The notes below the pieces were generated by a model. The model was given only the letters and a program-made list of their open reading frames with translations. It searched no databases and had not been told where the DNA came from. From a virus (Duplodnaviria; Caudoviricetes): a stretch of 61,503 bases of DNA. Of this stretch, positions 58,114 to 61,503 are shown in pieces. The DNA lies in the IMG/VR virus record IMGVR_UViG_3300021508_000029, positions 1 to 61,503 of that record; one strand, written 5' to 3'. The position numbers were made by a program, and so were the translations under genes. Positions within the stretch are counted from its first letter, which is position 1, and each line of letters opens with the position of its first letter.

Positions 58114-58178
58114 GGCACTAAGTAATCGTGTTGATTGTATATTGCCCCATACCCTTGTGCCACGCCAGAGCTGTTTGT

Positions 58179-58194
58179 TGGCACAAGCTGTGCA
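58179..58194 (+). promoter_or_regulatory. Sigma54-like -24/-12 motif
   Basis: TGGCAC-AAGCT-GTGCA. Confidence 0.45.
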
Positions 58195-58249
58195 TATATA
58201 TTATCATGTCCAGGATTAAACGTATTGATACATTAAATACAAATAACTC

Positions 58250-58277
58250 TTGACATACACGTTTAATGTGATAAGCT
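58250..58277 (+). promoter_or_regulatory. Sigma70-type early promoter
   Basis: TTGACA, 16 bp, TAAGCT with TG and an AT-rich upstream region. Confidence 0.65.
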
Positions 58278-58305
58278 GTATACATTGAACAAAACAAGTA
58301 TATAA

Positions 58306-58345
58306 ACGTGTTGGTGGTTTGATTTAATCAATACGTACATATGAT
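58306..58345. repeat. Dispersed palindromic element, copy 8 (TTGATTTAATCAA at 58319-58331)
   Basis: Read directly; just downstream of the early promoter. Confidence 0.8.
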
Positions 58346-58394
58346 TACATTATATATATGTGAACGCTCTTTAACAATTCGGGTATTAAAAAAG

Positions 58395-58438
58395 AATCAC
58401 ATGTATGTTTGGTTTTTAAACCAATCATATGTATGATT
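58395..58438. repeat. Dispersed palindromic element, copy 9 (TTGGTTTTTAAACCAA at 58409-58424)
   Basis: AATCACATGTATG...CATATGTATGATT flanks. Confidence 0.8.
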
Positions 58439-58480
58439 GCTTTATATCTCTCCCAGTAACGCACTTGTGGTTTGAGTGTG

Positions 58481-58693
58481 TTATTGTAAGCAGTCTTAAT
58501 TGACTTGGAGAAAATTATGAAAAAAGAAATTGATTATTGTGCTGGCGGTATTTATTTATCTGTCCAAGGTACAAATTTGTGTGAATATTATGATAATAGT
58601 TATTGGACGGCTGTAGAAGCTGTTATCCATTTTGAACAATATGTTAAATTTTACACCCTTTAATTAATCAAAACATAAGACTGCTTACAATAA
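58481..58693. repeat. Perfect 18-bp inverted repeat pair enclosing a small ORF
   Basis: TTATTGTAAGCAGTCTTA (58481-58498) and TAAGACTGCTTACAATAA (58676-58693). Confidence 0.9.
58517..58663 (+). CDS. 48-aa early protein (not in ORF track)
   Basis: GGAG RBS; MKKEIDYCAGGIYLSVQGTNLCEYY... Confidence 0.65.
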   Translation: MKKEIDYCAGGIYLSVQGTNLCEYYDNSYWTAVEAVIHFEQYVKFYTL

Positions 58694-58730
58694 TCTAGTA
58701 TTTTGCTGGGTTATAAATGGAGATATAAAA

Positions 58731-58994
58731 ATGAATCAAGAACAACTTAATAAACTTGTACAAAGTAAAATTAGCATAACTGAAGCTGATATAATAATTG
58801 TACACTTCGATCCCGAATACAAAGCCATTAAAGTTGATATTCAATGGGAGGGCTTTGCGGATTTTGAAACAGAAGCTGAAATGCAAAACGCGGTTGAAGA
58901 ACGTGCAATTATGGGTTCAATTGCTTTCATGGATGAGCATTCTGGTGAAAGCATAACAGCATATGCAATGAATTGGACAGCAGAAAAGGAGTAA
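58731..58994 (+). CDS. Acidic early protein
   Basis: GGAGATATAAAAATG RBS. Confidence 0.8.
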   Translation: MNQEQLNKLVQSKISITEADIIIVHFDPEYKAIKVDIQWEGFADFETEAEMQNAVEERAIMGSIAFMDEHSGESITAYAMNWTAEKE

Positions 58995-59071
58995 TCCCCA
59001 GAGAGGACTTTAACAAGTCCTTTCGCGGAATTATTTATATCAAGTAATTCATTTAAATTGGAGATATAAAA

Positions 59072-59308
59072 ATGAGTAAACACACCGTAAAAATTGGGTC
59101 AAACTCGATTGAATTTGATGATGCTGTATTCGATAAAAAAGTAATAGATTATCTTATTCAATTGGGCTTAACGCATCTTATGCACTCAAGATTCCAAGCA
59201 GCTAAACGGGGTAAAAACCTCAACCAAGCCGAAATAGATTTTATGTTTAAACGATGTGCTAAAAGAATACAAAATTTAAAGGTAGAACAAAAATCGGTTA
59301 TAAGCTAA
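59072..59308 (+). CDS. Early protein, short paralog of 59735-60232
   Basis: Shared RBS; similarity seen by eye. Confidence 0.8.
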   Translation: MSKHTVKIGSNSIEFDDAVFDKKVIDYLIQLGLTHLMHSRFQAAKRGKNLNQAEIDFMFKRCAKRIQNLKVEQKSVIS

Positions 59309-59387
59309 GTAACGCCAGAATATATCTTTATAAAAAGGGTATATTCGGAGTTATTTATTTGGAATAACTTAAATTGGAGATATAAAA

Positions 59388-59654
59388 ATGAGTCACCTTG
59401 CACATGAATTTGTATCAGAAGCAGATATATTTAATGCCGTTGAAAGTCAAATTTTAAGCGAAATACCTGAAATTAATATTAATTTATCAGTGAAATTTAT
59501 TTGTAAAAACAAACAAATACAATTTATTGATGAAGATAATAATATTAATTGTACTGCAGTGTATCACGAGTGGGCTGAAGAAGTATGGATAATTACAGAA
59601 TATGTAAATAAATGTTCAATCGGCAAGTTTACTTTTAAATTGCTTATTGAATAA
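59388..59654 (+). CDS. Early hypothetical protein
   Basis: Shared RBS. Confidence 0.8.
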   Translation: MSHLAHEFVSEADIFNAVESQILSEIPEININLSVKFICKNKQIQFIDEDNNINCTAVYHEWAEEVWIITEYVNKCSIGKFTFKLLIE

Positions 59655-59734
59655 TAAGACCCACATAAGATATCTTTATAAAAAGGGTATCTTGTGAGTA
59701 TCTTATTGTGAGATATTGTAATGGAGATATAAAA

Positions 59735-60232
59735 ATGAGTAAATTTACTGTAACAAGTCACGGAACCAAGTTTGATTTTGATACCGAAACTGGAGACTGG
59801 ACAGATGAGGTTATTCTTGCCCATGCAAAGCAAGGAATTAAAATCCGGCTTGACCGTTCAAGTGCCTCATTGACTAAAAAAGATGGTTCAACTGACCAAG
59901 ACCGTTTGAATTGTGCCATGAAAGTGGCTAAATCCATCCAGAGTGGTGAAATGCCTAAATCTGGTGGCGGTGGAAGTCGTTTAACAATTAAAGATCGGGC
60001 TTTAAAAGCCGCTCTGTTGGTTAAGTTAAGCTTTGAAAAGAAAGAAACCATAAGCGAGGCTTTGGAACGGTATACCAAGGCCATTGCTGAAGGACAGAAA
60101 AAGGACTTTGAGCCAGAAATGGTTGAAAAAGTAAAAGCAGCTTTGGAAAATACCCCAGTTTACAAGAACATGATTGAATTGGAAGAAAGCAAGCTGGTTA
60201 AAACAGATGATATGGGAGATTTAAGTTTATAA
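59735..60232 (+). CDS. Early protein
   Basis: Start moved to the ATG at 59735, after the shared RBS. Confidence 0.85.
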   Translation: MSKFTVTSHGTKFDFDTETGDWTDEVILAHAKQGIKIRLDRSSASLTKKDGSTDQDRLNCAMKVAKSIQSGEMPKSGGGGSRLTIKDRALKAALLVKLSFEKKETISEALERYTKAIAEGQKKDFEPEMVEKVKAALENTPVYKNMIELEESKLVKTDDMGDLSL

Positions 60233-60309
60233 AATAAGGAGTAACACTTAAGACTCATTAGAAATAGTGGGTCTTGTGGGTTATTTTGACCCATTAACAG
60301 GAGATATAA

Positions 60310-60429
60310 ATGGACATTAAAGAAGTATTATTGAATATTATAGATGATATTGGTATATTTGCATGGCTCGGACTATCTAAAGAGGAGCAAAACAGATTAA
60401 TCTCTATTGAAATATACGGAGATATATAA
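60310..60429 (+). CDS. 39-aa early peptide (not in ORF track)
   Basis: AGGAGATATAAATG RBS; followed by a terminator. Confidence 0.7.
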   Translation: MDIKEVLLNIIDDIGIFAWLGLSKEEQNRLISIEIYGDI

Positions 60430-60434
60430 AAGAT

Positions 60435-60471
60435 AAAAAAGACCAGTTATCACAAGGTGGCTGGTCTTTTT
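60435..60471. terminator. Probably bidirectional rho-independent terminator
   Basis: AAAAAAGACCAGTTATC-ACAA-GGTGGCTGGTCTTTTT. Confidence 0.85.
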
Positions 60472-60476
60472 ACGTA

Positions 60477-60492
60477 TGTTCCACGTGGAACT
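60477..60492. promoter_or_regulatory. parS: Chromosomal-type parS site
   Basis: TGTTCCACGTGGAACT; perfect 14-bp palindrome, 15/16 match to TGTTNCACGTGNAACA. Confidence 0.75.
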
Positions 60493-60617
60493 ATAAGTAA
60501 ATACGTTTCCCTCCTTTAATTCGTTTAAAATTCTTACCAAGCCAGGGCTTATATAGCAATATCGGATGAATATACTTTCCTACATTATGTAAATTTACCG
60601 TAGCCAAAAGGTTGCTC

Positions 60618-60858
60618 TATGCAAAACCCATGCCAAGCCTAGATAACCCATTGATTTTATCCACACCCAATTATCTATGCACAACCCATGCCAACATTTA
60701 AACCCATAAAAACACAGCAAAACTTGCCCCAAAAACCCGCTTATGCAAAACCCATGCCAAAACAAAAGCTGGTCATTTCTTAACCATAATTGCCCTTAAC
60801 AATACGTTACCAGTGAAAAACACCTCCAAAAAACCACGTTATGCAAAACCCATGCCAA
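60618..60858 (-). promoter_or_regulatory. Array of four sigma54 -24/-12 motifs
   Basis: TATGCA(A/C)AACCCATGCCAA at 60618, 60676, 60742 and 60840; minus strand TTGGCAT-GGGTT-(T/G)TGCATA. Confidence 0.75.
60644..60665. promoter_or_regulatory. IHF consensus site abutting a perfect DnaA box
   Basis: Minus strand AATCAATGGGTTA (60644-60656); TTATCCACA (60657-60665). Confidence 0.55.
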
Positions 60859-60864
60859 AGAAGC

Positions 60865-60877
60865 TAAGTTATTGATT
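60865..60877 (-). promoter_or_regulatory. IHF consensus site
   Basis: Minus strand AATCAATAACTTA. Confidence 0.55.
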
Positions 60878-60934
60878 CTAGGGGTTATTCGTACATACAT
60901 ATTCTTAACCACTTTCCAAATATTTACAGATAAA

Positions 60935-60972
60935 CATACATATGTTTGGTTTAAATCAATTCATACATACGT
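60935..60972. repeat. Dispersed palindromic element, copy 10 (TTGGTTTAAATCAA at 60946-60959)
   Basis: TATGTTTGGTTTAAATCAATTCATACATAC is identical to copy 1. Confidence 0.9.
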
Positions 60973-61014
60973 TTTAACTACCATTTTTTACGTGTAGTTA
61001 AGCATTTTGTAGGT

Positions 61015-61421
61015 AAACGTATGTATCTTAAACGTACCACAGGTCTACCAAAACGTACCACAGGTCTACCACAGGTCTACCACCCGTCTAGCACCCGTCT
61101 ACCGCTACCCACCAAACGTACCAAAACAGGATCTCACGTAAAGAAATACGTTTCCCTCCCCTTCCTATAATAGGGATTTGAGGAATACGAAAAGCTCTAT
61201 AATAAAATATATATATATATATATATAAGAGAAGAAAGACTCTTCTTTTTCTCACCTATTTAAAATATATATATATACACATATATACATACCTATCCAC
61301 TTTAAAATATATCTATATAAACCTGGCTCAAACGTATTCACGTTATCCACCCCCAGATCTCACATTGGTACGTTTAATAGACCCTTAATAGACCCCCCAT
61401 AGACCCTTAATAGACCCCCCA
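61015..61421. other. Putative replication origin
   Basis: Phased GTCTA array (61043-61101), AT-rich centre with (AT)n tracts, inverted phased TAGAC array (61378-61415), repeated AAACGTA heptamers. Confidence 0.55.
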
Positions 61422-61503
61422 TAAGTTTGGTTGTTTATTACGCGGGTAACCCATTAACGTGAACAACCCATGACAACCGTATCATTTATACATCATCATT
61501 CAC
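61368..61503. repeat. Terminal direct repeat / circular assembly overlap (copy 2)
   Basis: Matches 1-136. Confidence 0.95.

Noticed and set aside
57909-58184. 91-aa minus-strand ORF
   Set aside because: Non-ATG start, no RBS, and it runs through regulatory repeats.
733-60972. Dispersed palindromes or early-array repeats as a CRISPR array
   Set aside because: Copies are scattered or separated by whole genes, with no constant repeat-spacer period and no cas operon.
1-61503. tRNA or rRNA genes, integrase, transposase
   Set aside because: None recognised by eye; tRNAscan-SE and HMM searches are needed to exclude them formally.

Overview
This window looks like a complete, circularly closed genome of an AT-rich dsDNA tailed phage: bases 1-136 recur at 61368-61503 with one mismatch. 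It is probably podovirus-like, since no tape measure, sheath or integrase is recognisable. The + strand (about 58.5 kb, through the junction, to 24.05 kb) carries early and replication genes. These include many small ORFs, a Nudix hydrolase, peptide deformylase, an SF1 helicase, a PD-(D/E)XK exonuclease, a Sak4-like ATPase with a putative SSB, a ParB-DNA methyltransferase fusion, a DnaQ exonuclease, an ATP-dependent ligase, a family A DNA polymerase split into two genes, a P-loop helicase and dCTP deaminase. The - strand (57.7 to 24.1 kb) carries terminase, portal, scaffold, an N4-gp56-like major capsid protein, adaptors, lysis genes, tail/receptor-binding proteins and a 2151-aa polyvalent protein. 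The most unusual signals are non-coding. (1) A block at 60.47-60.88 kb holds a chromosomal-type parS palindrome, a perfect DnaA box, two IHF consensus sites and four near-identical sigma54 -24/-12 motifs. (2) An origin-like region next to it has two inverted, 11-bp-phased GTCTA arrays around (AT)n tracts. (3) About ten dispersed copies of an FNR-box-like palindrome lie at gene boundaries. (4) The early genes form a cassette-like array, each with an RNase III-like stem and a shared RBS. The parS site plus the ParB-HTH-methyltransferase fusion is the best candidate for an undescribed system. All calls come from reading motifs by eye; no database searches were run.
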